Shown here: positions 30,285-39,637 of the stretch, one piece after another | How the letters are laid out: the number at the start of each line of letters is the position of its first letter | How positions within the stretch are numbered: the stretch's first letter is position 1 | NCBI GenBank assembly: GCA_947452535.1 | Contig: CANGCM010000002.1 | Coordinates: 41,548 to 105,547, forward strand | DNA length: 64,000 bases | Reading direction: 5' to 3' | Source: Burkholderiaceae bacterium | GTDB taxonomy: Bacteria; Pseudomonadota; Gammaproteobacteria; Burkholderiales; Burkholderiaceae | Position numbers and translations under genes: made by a program | The notes under the pieces: generated by a model | Seen by the model: the letters and a program-made list of their open reading frames with translations, nothing else | Databases searched by the model: none | Told to the model about the DNA's origin: nothing

Positions 30285-30800
30285 ATGGGAGAAGATTTCT
30301 TGAACTTAGATCTGAACGACTTTGCCACTCAATGCCACGCTATTTTGAAAAAAGATATCGGCCCTTTGGGGAGAGCTCAGGTAGCTGAACTATTAAAGCA
30401 ATTGCTAGCTGATCCGCAAGCCTTGCAAGGATATTTTTCTGCCAACACGGGTGAGCGGGAATTACTCTACGAGGACCCCGATCTGGGATTCTGTATTTTG
30501 GCGCATTGCTACAAAGGCGCCAAGACTTCTGACCCGCATGATCACGCTCACTCTTGGGCGATATACGGGCAGGCTGACGGTCAAACTAAAATGCAAGATT
30601 ATGAGTTAATTGAAAAAGCTCAAGGTGATGTCTTAGCGAGGGTTCGAGCCACGCGCACCTATGAATTAACGCCTGGAGTCGCTTATGTTTATAACGAGGG
30701 GGATATCCACTCGCCAACTCGGCTAGCGCCAACAAAGTTAATTCGGATTGAGGGAACCAATATGGCTAAAGTAAAGCGTGATCGCTTTACTTTGGCTTAG
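30285..30800 (+). CDS. Cupin-fold, cysteine-dioxygenase-like metalloprotein (function unknown)
   Basis: PHDH..SWAIYG and GDIH motifs, i.e. three His spaced as in thiol dioxygenases. Alternative TTG start at 30300. Confidence 0.6.
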   Translation: MGEDFLNLDLNDFATQCHAILKKDIGPLGRAQVAELLKQLLADPQALQGYFSANTGERELLYEDPDLGFCILAHCYKGAKTSDPHDHAHSWAIYGQADGQTKMQDYELIEKAQGDVLARVRATRTYELTPGVAYVYNEGDIHSPTRLAPTKLIRIEGTNMAKVKRDRFTLA

Positions 30801-30893
30801 GGCTATTAAAGGTAACTTCAATATTTAATTGCCCTGCAATTTTCGATGTTTTGATTCTGAGATGACGTAACACTACAGATTGCATTTGAGCTT

Positions 30894-31643
30894 ATGACAA
30901 ACGATGGCATGGAAGATAGTTTGGATGACCGTCGTTTCGGGGGGGTAGCTCGACTCTACGGCCCAGAATTGCGCGAGCGTTTTCGTCAAGCTACGGTTGT
31001 AGTTGCCGGCTTGGGAGGAGTAGGATCTTGGGCTGCCGAAGCTTTGGCGCGTACTGCTATAGGCCATCTAGTGCTCATCGATTTTGATCACATTGCTGAA
31101 AGCAATACAAATAGACAACTTCATGCGCTTGATGGCGAGTATGGCAAGGCTAAGGTGCAAGCCATGACAGATCGTATTCGACAAATTAATCCCGAGATCA
31201 CACTCACCACTCATGATGCTTTTTTGGAGCCAGAAAATCTAGATTTATTGATTCCAGAAAATGCGATCGTTTTAGATGCAACAGATTCAGTCCAAACCAA
31301 AATTGCTTTAGCAGTTTGGGCAACTCAAAGCGAGCGCGCATTGGTGATGTGTGGTGCAGCTGGTGGAAAATCAGATCCTACTTCTGTGCGTTGCGATGAT
31401 CTTTCTCGAACTGAGCAAGATGCGTTGCTAGCAAAGGTGCGTCAAGGTCTTAGACAGGATCATGGCTTCTCAAGAAATCTCAAGAAAAAAATTGGTATCC
31501 GTGCCATCTATTCTCATGAACCTAGGGCGGGTGCTGCAAGCGGTGGTCTTGCTTGTTCTGGTTATGGATCAACCGTCATGGTTACTGCGGCCTGTGGTCT
31601 AGCCGCTGCTGCTGAAGTTTTAAACCTGATTGCCGCTCAGTAG
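30894..31643 (+). CDS. tcdA: tRNA threonylcarbamoyladenosine dehydratase (ThiF family)
   Basis: RRFGGVARLYG, GLGGVGSWAAEALAR, SNTNRQ, GAAGGKSDPT, GYGSTVMVTA. Confidence 0.88.
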   Translation: MTNDGMEDSLDDRRFGGVARLYGPELRERFRQATVVVAGLGGVGSWAAEALARTAIGHLVLIDFDHIAESNTNRQLHALDGEYGKAKVQAMTDRIRQINPEITLTTHDAFLEPENLDLLIPENAIVLDATDSVQTKIALAVWATQSERALVMCGAAGGKSDPTSVRCDDLSRTEQDALLAKVRQGLRQDHGFSRNLKKKIGIRAIYSHEPRAGAASGGLACSGYGSTVMVTAACGLAAAAEVLNLIAAQ

Positions 31644-31865
31644 CCAATCTTCAAATCAATCACTCAATTCCTAGGGGGAATCCCTGTAGGAAATTACGGA
31701 TTCTGATGTCATCCCAAATTTATTGCTTCTGTTCAAAGCCTTTATTTATATAGCTTCACTATTTTATTTCGCACCATATTTATTTAATTAAGCACTTTAG
31801 ATATTTCTATCCCCTAGTAGAGAAGTCGAGTCCTCCCTAGACTTTGTCTCGTTGGTGACTTACCA

Positions 31866-33272
31866 ATGACAAATCGAAAGGGGGTCTCTTTGCAGACTGA
31901 ACAAACTGGGTTACAGCGCCACCTCAAAGTACGGCATATTCGCCTTATGGCCTTGGGGTCAACTATTGGCGTTGGATTATTTCTGGGCTCGGCAAGCGCA
32001 ATTCAAATTGCGGGACCTTCCATCCTATTGGGATATTTACTGGCTGGCATCGTTGCCTTCATTGTGCTTCGCACCTTGGGGGAGATGGCAGTGCACGAAC
32101 CAGTCGCCGGTTCATTTGCGGCTTATGCCAATAACTATGTTGGACCACTTGCGGGTTATATGGTGGGCTGGGGTTACTGGACCTATTGGATCGTTGTCGG
32201 AATAGCCGAAGTCACTGCTGTAGGTATTTATATGGGGATTTGGTTTCCAGAAACACCACAGTGGATCTGGGCGCTGTCTTCTATTTTGATGATGGGTCTG
32301 ATTAACCTGATTGCTGTCAAGGTGTTTGGTGAATTTGAGTTTTGGTTTGCCTTGATCAAAGTGGTTGCTATTGTTGCCATGATCGCACTGGGTGGCTCAG
32401 TGATTTTCTTTGGTTTTACCAATGACTGGAATCCGGTTGGCTTTAGCAACTTATGGCAACACGGTGGATTCTTTCCAAATGGTATTAGCGGAATGCTACT
32501 GTCACTGCAGATGGTCTTATTTGCTTATGTTGGTATTGAGATGATTGGTTTGTCTGCTGGTGAAGCAGAGAACCCACGCAAAACCATTCCAATGGCAATT
32601 GATTCATTGGCATGGCGCATCTTGATTTTTTACATGGGCGCCATTCTTGTCATCTTGGCAATCTTCCCCTGGAATGAAGTTGGACAACAGGGCAGCCCAT
32701 TCGTAGTGATGTTTGAACGAATTGGGTTACGCGAGGCCGCTGGAATCGTCAACTTTGTGGTGATTACTGCAGCCTTATCTTCATGCAATGCCGGCATCTT
32801 TAGCGGTGGGAGACTCTTGTACGCACTCTCGGTGAATGGTTATGCCCCTGCGCCATTTGCCAAGTTATCGAGGTACGGAGTCCCCCATAGGGCAGTGATG
32901 GTGACGGTAGCAATTTGCATGACCGGCGTAGTACTCAACTACTTTGTTCCAGAAAAAGCGTTTCAATACGTCATGGCTGCAGTAACTTTTATTGGATTGA
33001 TGGTGTGGATCGCTATTTTATTCACGCAAATTCAATTTCGTCGCTCCCTTACTAAAGACCAGGTTGCTCAATTAGCCTATCGCACCCCCTGGTGGCCTTA
33101 TTCCTCATGGTTTGCATTGGCGTTTATTGCCTTGGTAGTGGTGCTCATGGGCTTTCATGAGGATGCGCGGATTGCTTTGGTCTTAGGTCCGTGTTTATTA
33201 GGCGTGTATTTAGTCATGTTTTACGTCGTTGGCTTACATCACAAAACAAAATTAAGTCGTGAATTCAAATAA
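31866..33272 (+). CDS. APC-family amino-acid permease (CycA/ProY-like), probably alanine uptake
   Basis: RHIRLMALGSTIGVGLFLG, FGEFEFWFALIKV, GIEMIG. Co-oriented with ald. TTG at 31890 after SD AAGGGGG is the likelier start. Confidence 0.9.
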   Translation: MTNRKGVSLQTEQTGLQRHLKVRHIRLMALGSTIGVGLFLGSASAIQIAGPSILLGYLLAGIVAFIVLRTLGEMAVHEPVAGSFAAYANNYVGPLAGYMVGWGYWTYWIVVGIAEVTAVGIYMGIWFPETPQWIWALSSILMMGLINLIAVKVFGEFEFWFALIKVVAIVAMIALGGSVIFFGFTNDWNPVGFSNLWQHGGFFPNGISGMLLSLQMVLFAYVGIEMIGLSAGEAENPRKTIPMAIDSLAWRILIFYMGAILVILAIFPWNEVGQQGSPFVVMFERIGLREAAGIVNFVVITAALSSCNAGIFSGGRLLYALSVNGYAPAPFAKLSRYGVPHRAVMVTVAICMTGVVLNYFVPEKAFQYVMAAVTFIGLMVWIAILFTQIQFRRSLTKDQVAQLAYRTPWWPYSSWFALAFIALVVVLMGFHEDARIALVLGPCLLGVYLVMFYVVGLHHKTKLSREFK

Positions 33273-33282
33273 GGAGACATAA

Positions 33283-34401
33283 ATGATTATTGGCGTACCT
33301 CAAGAAGTGAAAAATAATGAGTTTCGTGTTGGCTTAACCCCAGGTAACGTGCGAGGGTTGTGTAGGCAGGGACATTCTGTTTTGGTGCAGCGTGGAGCAG
33401 GAGAGCAAATTGGCTTGAGCGATGAGTCTTATCGCTTGGCTGGCGCCACCTTAATTAATAGCGCTGCTGAGGTCTTTTCTAAGGCCAAGATGGTGGTGAA
33501 GGTGAAGGAGCCTCAGCCACAAGAATGCGCCATGTTACGTGAAGATCAAATCCTCTTCACCTACTTGCATTTGGCGCCAGATCCACAGCAGACTAAGGCC
33601 TTGCTTGCATCAGGTGCAACCTGTATTGCTTACGAGACGGTCACTTCATTTAGCGGTGCCTTACCGCTCTTAGCGCCGATGAGTGAGGTGGCAGGCAGGA
33701 TGTCTATTCAAGCAGCCGCTACGCATCTCGAAAAAACCCATGGTGGTTTGGGAATATTGATGGCGGGAGTTCCGGGCGTAGCGCCTGCAAAGGTAGTGAT
33801 ATTGGGCGCTGGCGTCGTAGGCCGCAATGCCTTGCAAATGGCGGTTGGTATGGGCGCAGATGTCTGCATCTTTGATCGCAATATTGACTGCTTAAGACAG
33901 ATTGACATACTTTACGGTAATCGCGTAAGAACCTTTTATGCCGATCCACTCTTGGTAGAGTTAGAGGTTTGCGAGGCGGATGTGGTGATTGGGGCTGTGT
34001 TGTTGCCTGGTGCTGCAGCGCCCAAACTAGTGACAAGAGATATGGTGCGTAAGATGAAGTCTGGCGCAGTAGTGGTCGATGTAGCGATTGATCAAGGAGG
34101 TTGTTTTGAAACTTCTAAACCCACAACCCATACAGATCCTACTTTTATTGTTGATGGAGTACTGCATTACTGTGTGGCCAATATGCCTGGTGCAGTTGCC
34201 AGAACTTCTACCTTTGCTTTAACGAATGCAACTTACCCATTTATTGAGGCATTGGCAAATCGGGGAATGGTAAATGCGCTCTCTCATGATCATCATCTAC
34301 GGAACGGCTTGAGTGTTCATCGAGGAAATCTCACTTCTGAGCCGGTAGCGCAGGCTCAAAAAGTCGATTTTGTCTCAGCAGAAGAGTTACTAGACGTTTA
34401 G
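33283..34401 (+). CDS. ald: Alanine dehydrogenase
   Basis: IGVPQEVKNNEFRV, KVKEP, FTYLHLA, PMSEVAGR, DVAIDQGGC, YCVANMPGAV. Confidence 0.96.
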   Translation: MIIGVPQEVKNNEFRVGLTPGNVRGLCRQGHSVLVQRGAGEQIGLSDESYRLAGATLINSAAEVFSKAKMVVKVKEPQPQECAMLREDQILFTYLHLAPDPQQTKALLASGATCIAYETVTSFSGALPLLAPMSEVAGRMSIQAAATHLEKTHGGLGILMAGVPGVAPAKVVILGAGVVGRNALQMAVGMGADVCIFDRNIDCLRQIDILYGNRVRTFYADPLLVELEVCEADVVIGAVLLPGAAAPKLVTRDMVRKMKSGAVVVDVAIDQGGCFETSKPTTHTDPTFIVDGVLHYCVANMPGAVARTSTFALTNATYPFIEALANRGMVNALSHDHHLRNGLSVHRGNLTSEPVAQAQKVDFVSAEELLDV

Positions 34402-34424
34402 TTGTTTGATTCAAGTTATCAATA

Positions 34425-34456
34425 CTGAATGCATCAAGCTGATCTGATGCATTCAG
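34425..34456. repeat. Perfect 12-bp inverted repeat after ald (terminator or RNA-stability hairpin)
   Basis: CTGAATGCATCA-N8-TGATGCATTCAG. No immediate U-tract. Confidence 0.6.
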
Positions 34457-34470
34457 CCTAATGTATTTTT

Positions 34471-35085
34471 ATGACTGAGGTGAGCCTCTCTTCCTCTATC
34501 ATTCTAAGTATGGATATATCTGCATTAGCAATTTCTACCGGTGTAGTAGCTTTGGCGGAGATGGGCGACAAAACCCAGCTTCTCTCATTGATGTTGGCTA
34601 CACGCTATCCCAAACACGCCTTAGCAATTATTGGCGGTATCTTCATTGCCACTATTGCAAACCATGCCTGCGCCGCATTTTTGGGGCACTGGCTAACTTC
34701 TTTTATGAGCCCCAATCTACTGAAGTGGATTTTAGGTTTGAGCTTCCTCGGCATCGGTCTTTGGTTATTGGTGCCCGATCATATTGATGATGCCGCAGGT
34801 TCCAAAATAGCTGACCGCGCTATTCAGGTGTTTTTTTTGACGGTCGGACTTTTTTTCGTGGCGGAGATGGGGGATAAGACCCAGATCGCTACGATTGCCT
34901 TAGGTGCGAAGTATTCCGATGTCGTCTCGGTAACTATTGGCACCACTTTAGGGATGATGTTGGCTAACGCTCCCGCAGTTTGGATTGGGCAGAAATTTAC
35001 CCAACGTATGCCCATTAAGTGGGTGCATGCTGTTGCTGCCTTTACCTTTATTGCTATTGGGATTGCAACCCTAGTCTGGGCCTAA
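34471..35085 (+). CDS. TMEM165/GDT1 (UPF0016) family Mn2+/Ca2+ transporter
   Basis: Two AEMGDKTQ motifs. ATG 34510 (MDISAL) may be the true start. Confidence 0.92.
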   Translation: MTEVSLSSSIILSMDISALAISTGVVALAEMGDKTQLLSLMLATRYPKHALAIIGGIFIATIANHACAAFLGHWLTSFMSPNLLKWILGLSFLGIGLWLLVPDHIDDAAGSKIADRAIQVFFLTVGLFFVAEMGDKTQIATIALGAKYSDVVSVTIGTTLGMMLANAPAVWIGQKFTQRMPIKWVHAVAAFTFIAIGIATLVWA

Positions 35086-35119
35086 GGCAAAAGTTGCTGT
35101 CGGGGCTTAAAATTACCCC

Positions 35120-37729
35120 ATGAAAACTGATCTCCCGCAGAGCTTTCGCAGGCTCGAATACCGCGCTCCCAATTACACCTTTGCGCAAGTTGAACTAGAT
35201 ATTGCTCTAGATCCTGCCAGGACAATTGTGAAAAGTCGACTAGAGGTTTTGCCTGGTGCTGGTCATGAGTCAGGCGCCCCTCTGGTGTTGCAAGGCTATG
35301 AGCTTGAGTTTGTTAGTTTGCGGATTAATGGCCAAGCACATCGTCAGTTTGAGCTATCCCCTGAAACGCTGACTATTCATGCATTGCCGAATGAGGGTAA
35401 ACAGGCTTTCATTGTCGAAATTATCTGCGTCTGTGTGCCCATTAAAAATACTTCCCTAATGGGTTTGTATGTTTCCAATGGTAATTTCTTTACGCAGTGC
35501 GAAGCTGAAGGCTTTAGAAAAATTACCTACTTCCTCGATAGGCCAGATGTAATGGCGCGTTATCGTGTAACTCTCCGTGCTCGTGAGGAAGAGTATCCAG
35601 TGCTGCTATCTAATGGCAATCTAATTAGTACTGAGAAATTACCCAACGGTTGGCACAGTGCCGTTTGGGAAGATCCATTTCTAAAGCCGTCCTATTTGTT
35701 TGCCTTGGTTGCCGGCAAGTTGGAATGCATTGAAGAGACTATTACCACTAGTAGTGGCGCTAAAAAGTTGCTACAGATTTGGGTTGAGCCGCACGACTTA
35801 AAGAAGACCCGTCATGCTATGGATTCGTTGATTGCCTCGATTCATTGGGATGAGAAACGCTATGGCTTAGAGCTCGATCTCGAGCGCTTCATGATTGTGG
35901 CGGTGGGTGATTTCAATATGGGCGCAATGGAGAACAAGGGTTTAAATATCTTTAATACCAAGTATGTTCTTGCTCAGCCTGAAACTGCAACAGATGCAGA
36001 CTTTGCCAATATTGAAAGCGTGGTTGCGCATGAGTACTTTCATAACTGGACCGGTAACCGAGTGACTTGCCGCGATTGGTTTCAGCTCTCGCTTAAAGAG
36101 GGGCTGACAGTATTCCGCGATCAAGAGTTCTCTGCAGATCAGATGGGTAGTGAGTCCGGCAGAGCGGTAAAGCGGATTGAGGATGTTCGTCTCTTGCGTC
36201 AACTGCAGTTTCCTGAGGATGCGGGACCGATGGCCCATCCAATACGGCCAGATGAGTATCAGGAGATCAATAATTTCTATACCGTGACCGTGTATGAGAA
36301 AGGCGCAGAAGTGGTGCGCATGTATCAAACTTTATTAGGTATTGAGGGTTTCCGTAAAGGTATGGATCTTTACTTTGACCGTCATGATGGTCAAGCCGTC
36401 ACCTGCGATGATTTCTTGGCTGCAATGGCAGATGCTAATGGGCGTGATCTTTCACAATTTAAGGGTTGGTATAGTCAAGCAGGGACCCCTAGGGTCACAG
36501 TGGCGGAGTCGTACGACGCAGGTAAAAGCCAATATCAAATTACCTTAACCCAAAATCCTGCAGTCAATGCGACACAAAAAGAAAGCAAGCCTTTTCATAT
36601 TCCACTGAAGATGCGTTTACTGACGCCAGCAGACGATCAGGTCGAGATCTTGATAGAGTTAACGCAAGAGCAGCAAAAGTGGACTTTTAATCAGGTAGTC
36701 AGTCGTCCCGTACTGTCAATTAACCGTAGTTTCTCAGCCCCAATCAATCTCGACTTTGATCAAAGCGAGGCGGATTTATTGGTGATGTTCTCCAGCGACG
36801 ATGATGCCTTCAATCGCTGGGAGGCTGGTCAGAAGTTGGCCATGCAAATGATTTTAGGTAATCGCTTACCTGATGCAGCCCTCATTGCCGCCTATCGCGT
36901 ACTGCTAACGGATCCAGATCTCGATCCGGCATTTAAAGATTTGGCGCTAACCTTGCCTGCAGAGACTTATTTATACGAACAGTGCGCTAGCGTAGATCCT
37001 CAACAGATTTATGCTGCACGCCGCGCCTTCCGTCACGCCATCGCAACAGAGTTACGTATCGAATGGGCAGCGCTCTATCAGCAGATGCAAACAACAGGAC
37101 CCTTTAATCCTAATGCGGCCAGTGCTGGTAAGCGTGCTTTGAAGAACTTGGCACTCAGTATGTTGCTCGAAGCCGATCCACTCATCTGGGCGCCAATGGC
37201 AGTCAATCAATATCAGAATGCGGATAATATGACCGACCGATACGCTGCTCTAGCCGGCTTGGTCACGCATGGATCAAAATCGGCAGAAGCGTGTTTAGAG
37301 GATTTTTATACTCGCTTTGCTGACGATGCTTTGGTGATTGATAAGTGGTTTGCGTTGCAATCAAGCCGTCCGCCTGTTGCCAATACTGAGCCCACTCTAA
37401 GTGGGGTCAAACGTTTGCGTGAGCATGAGGCCTTTAGGATGAACAATCCCAATCGAGTACGCAGTGTAATTCATGCTTTTTGTATGAACAACCCCGCCAG
37501 CTTTCATCAGATTGATGGCAGTGGCTATGCATTTTGGACTGAGTCAGTTCTCGCTTTAGACCCCATCAATCCCCAGATTGCTGCTCGTTTAGCAAGAGGT
37601 CTTGACCGTTGGTGTCAATTTGCAAAGCCTTATCAAGACCAAATGCTGGCAGCCCTCAAGCAGGTTGCCGCTTGCGAAACCCTCTCTGCGGATGTCAAAG
37701 AGGTGGTTTCGAAGGCTTTAGGGAATTGA
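35120..37729 (+). CDS. pepN: Aminopeptidase N (M1 family)
   Basis: TQCEAEGFR, GAMENKGLN, HEYFHNWTGNR...KEG, YEKGAEV, NPNRVRS. Confidence 0.97.
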   Translation: MKTDLPQSFRRLEYRAPNYTFAQVELDIALDPARTIVKSRLEVLPGAGHESGAPLVLQGYELEFVSLRINGQAHRQFELSPETLTIHALPNEGKQAFIVEIICVCVPIKNTSLMGLYVSNGNFFTQCEAEGFRKITYFLDRPDVMARYRVTLRAREEEYPVLLSNGNLISTEKLPNGWHSAVWEDPFLKPSYLFALVAGKLECIEETITTSSGAKKLLQIWVEPHDLKKTRHAMDSLIASIHWDEKRYGLELDLERFMIVAVGDFNMGAMENKGLNIFNTKYVLAQPETATDADFANIESVVAHEYFHNWTGNRVTCRDWFQLSLKEGLTVFRDQEFSADQMGSESGRAVKRIEDVRLLRQLQFPEDAGPMAHPIRPDEYQEINNFYTVTVYEKGAEVVRMYQTLLGIEGFRKGMDLYFDRHDGQAVTCDDFLAAMADANGRDLSQFKGWYSQAGTPRVTVAESYDAGKSQYQITLTQNPAVNATQKESKPFHIPLKMRLLTPADDQVEILIELTQEQQKWTFNQVVSRPVLSINRSFSAPINLDFDQSEADLLVMFSSDDDAFNRWEAGQKLAMQMILGNRLPDAALIAAYRVLLTDPDLDPAFKDLALTLPAETYLYEQCASVDPQQIYAARRAFRHAIATELRIEWAALYQQMQTTGPFNPNAASAGKRALKNLALSMLLEADPLIWAPMAVNQYQNADNMTDRYAALAGLVTHGSKSAEACLEDFYTRFADDALVIDKWFALQSSRPPVANTEPTLSGVKRLREHEAFRMNNPNRVRSVIHAFCMNNPASFHQIDGSGYAFWTESVLALDPINPQIAARLARGLDRWCQFAKPYQDQMLAALKQVAACETLSADVKEVVSKALGN

Positions 37730-37762
37730 AGTTGGTTTGCTAGTTTTTTTATTTCAGTAAAT

Positions 37763-38146
37763 TCAATGTAGATTCTCTTTGAAGGCAACATCAAGCTGGG
37801 TGGCTAGTGCCTGCAAATTTTTATCGAATGTCCAAAGTACGGTATTTTTTGATAGCAGGGTTGAGGCAAGCAGTGAAATATCAACTGCTCCGCAGCCTAA
37901 CTGATAGAGCTTATTTTTCTCTATGAAATCGATTGTCTCTTCTGTTGTCGCTATGGTTGCTTGACGCAAAATTTTTAATTGACTCAACGTTTTTAGTCTC
38001 GGAGCTGGGGGAGATCCGCATGCAAGCTCCAAAATAACTAATGGATGACATAGGATTTGATCATTCACTAAAAGCGACTGTAATGAGAGGTTACCTTTTC
38101 TGAAGTGGGACACCCATACTGAAGTATCAGCCAGAACCATCGTCAT
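37763..38146 (-). CDS. vapC: PIN-domain toxin of a type II TA system (VapC-like)
   Basis: VLADTSVWV, HPLVILELACG, VDISLLAS, LWTFDKNL. Confidence 0.88.
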   Translation of the reverse strand: MTMVLADTSVWVSHFRKGNLSLQSLLVNDQILCHPLVILELACGSPPAPRLKTLSQLKILRQATIATTEETIDFIEKNKLYQLGCGAVDISLLASTLLSKNTVLWTFDKNLQALATQLDVAFKENLH

Positions 38147-38148
38147 AA

Positions 38149-38352
38149 TTATTGACCCTCCTTTGGCTTTCGACGAGGAATGTTTTTCATTTCAGGCGCT
38201 TGCCCACCTAATGCCGCCAACCGTTTTCCGACTTGAACTCTGATGAATACACTCATGGCCTCTCGGAAAAGATCGGCTTTGTCCATCCCGGGGTCCGCAA
38301 GCTCTAGTCCGCGCTGATAAAGCTCGTCATCGATAGTTACAGTAGTTCTCAT
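38149..38352 (-). CDS. vapB: Antitoxin (VapB, ribbon-helix-helix type)
   Basis: [11 protein letters not shown]..., LAALGG..P....PRR. Lies 2 nt upstream of the PIN gene. Confidence 0.88.
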   Translation of the reverse strand: MRTTVTIDDELYQRGLELADPGMDKADLFREAMSVFIRVQVGKRLAALGGQAPEMKNIPRRKPKEGQ

Positions 38353-38533
38353 AGGTATTCCTCATCAATAATGATGCATATTAACATCAAAAATATCATC
38401 AATATAGAGGAAATTACCTATTAATGGGTGTTCAGCCCCTTTAAATATGGCATCTAAAGTTGATTTTTAAGAATATGCTGCCTGAACAGGGCAAAATAGA
38501 ACTCATACGAGATATGTTCTTTAAACAGTATTC

Positions 38534-39559
38534 ATGGAGACCCTCCTTTTGACCGCTTCAAGTACTTTTAATACCAATTTCAAGCAATATCTAGAAACCA
38601 CCAAGGTGAAGGGCGTAGCTATTCCTGCTGGCCTACAAGAGCTATTGTTGGCAGTTGCTAATACTTGCTCAACTTTGAGCCATGAGGTGGCTCAAGGCGC
38701 CTTGATTGGTTTATTAGGTTCTGCTGGTACTGGCAATGTTCAGGGTGAAGTTCAGCAAAAGCTCGATGTCATTGCCAATGACTTATTAATTGACGGTGTA
38801 CAGGGATGCCAATCCTTAGCTGGTCTGGCCTCTGAAGAGATGGAGTTGCCACTGCCAGTTCAAGGTACAGGGGATTACCTGCTTTTATTCGATCCATTAG
38901 ATGGTTCATCCAATATCGATGTCAATGTGTCTATCGGCACCATATTTTCAGTACTGAAGAAGCAAGATCCAAAGGCCCCATTACAAACGGCGGATTTCTT
39001 ATTATCAGGACGTCATCAGGTTGCTGCTGGTTATGTGGTCTATGGCCCGCAAACGACGATGGCCTTAACGCTTGGCGAAGGTGTCGTGATGTTTACTTTA
39101 AACAAGCTCACTGGTGAATTTGTCTTGATTAAGCATGCAGTGGAGATTTCCCATTCAACCAAAGAGTTTGCAATCAATATGTCCAATATGCGTCACTGGG
39201 CAGAGCCTGTGCGTCGCTATGTGGATGAATGTTTGGCTGGCACTAGTGGTGAGCGTGATAAAGATTTCAATATGCGTTGGATTGCTTCTATGGTTGCCGA
39301 TGTACATCGCGTACTTTCTCGTGGCGGTATCTTTATGTACCCATGGGACCAACGTGAACCTCATAAGCCCGGTAAGTTACGCCTCATGTATGAAGCAAAC
39401 CCAATGAGCTTTTTGGTGGAGCAGGCTGGTGGTGCATCTACCAATGGTGATCAACTCATTATGGATATGATTCCGACTGAGTTACATGAGCGGGTCTCTG
39501 TCATGCTGGGATCTAAAGAAGAGATAGAGCGTTTGCAGCATTACCATTCTCAGGCTTAG
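38534..39559 (+). CDS. fbp: Class 1 fructose-1,6-bisphosphatase
   Basis: [49 protein letters not shown] 38549 after GGAGA is an alternative start. Confidence 0.96.
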   Translation: METLLLTASSTFNTNFKQYLETTKVKGVAIPAGLQELLLAVANTCSTLSHEVAQGALIGLLGSAGTGNVQGEVQQKLDVIANDLLIDGVQGCQSLAGLASEEMELPLPVQGTGDYLLLFDPLDGSSNIDVNVSIGTIFSVLKKQDPKAPLQTADFLLSGRHQVAAGYVVYGPQTTMALTLGEGVVMFTLNKLTGEFVLIKHAVEISHSTKEFAINMSNMRHWAEPVRRYVDECLAGTSGERDKDFNMRWIASMVADVHRVLSRGGIFMYPWDQREPHKPGKLRLMYEANPMSFLVEQAGGASTNGDQLIMDMIPTELHERVSVMLGSKEEIERLQHYHSQA

Positions 39560-39573
39560 TACTCACAGTAAAT

Positions 39574-39605
39574 AAAAAAAGCCCAATCACTGATTGGGCT
39601 TTTTG
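39574..39605. terminator. Bidirectional intrinsic terminator between fbp and cphA
   Basis: AAAAAGCCCAATCA-C-TGATTGGGCTTTTT. Confidence 0.88.
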
Positions 39606-39637
39606 CTTGAGGAATTCATTTATCCTGAAATCATTTC

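Noticed and set aside
31644-31890. Possible glycine or other amino-acid riboswitch upstream of the permease-ald operon
   Set aside because: Small hairpins exist (about 31820-31866), but the glycine-aptamer motifs (GGAGA...CCGAAG...CTCTCAGG) are not present.
34402-34510. yybP-ykoY Mn2+ riboswitch, often found before TMEM165/GDT1 genes
   Set aside because: I could not find the GGGGAGTAG-like core. Only a 12-bp inverted repeat is present.
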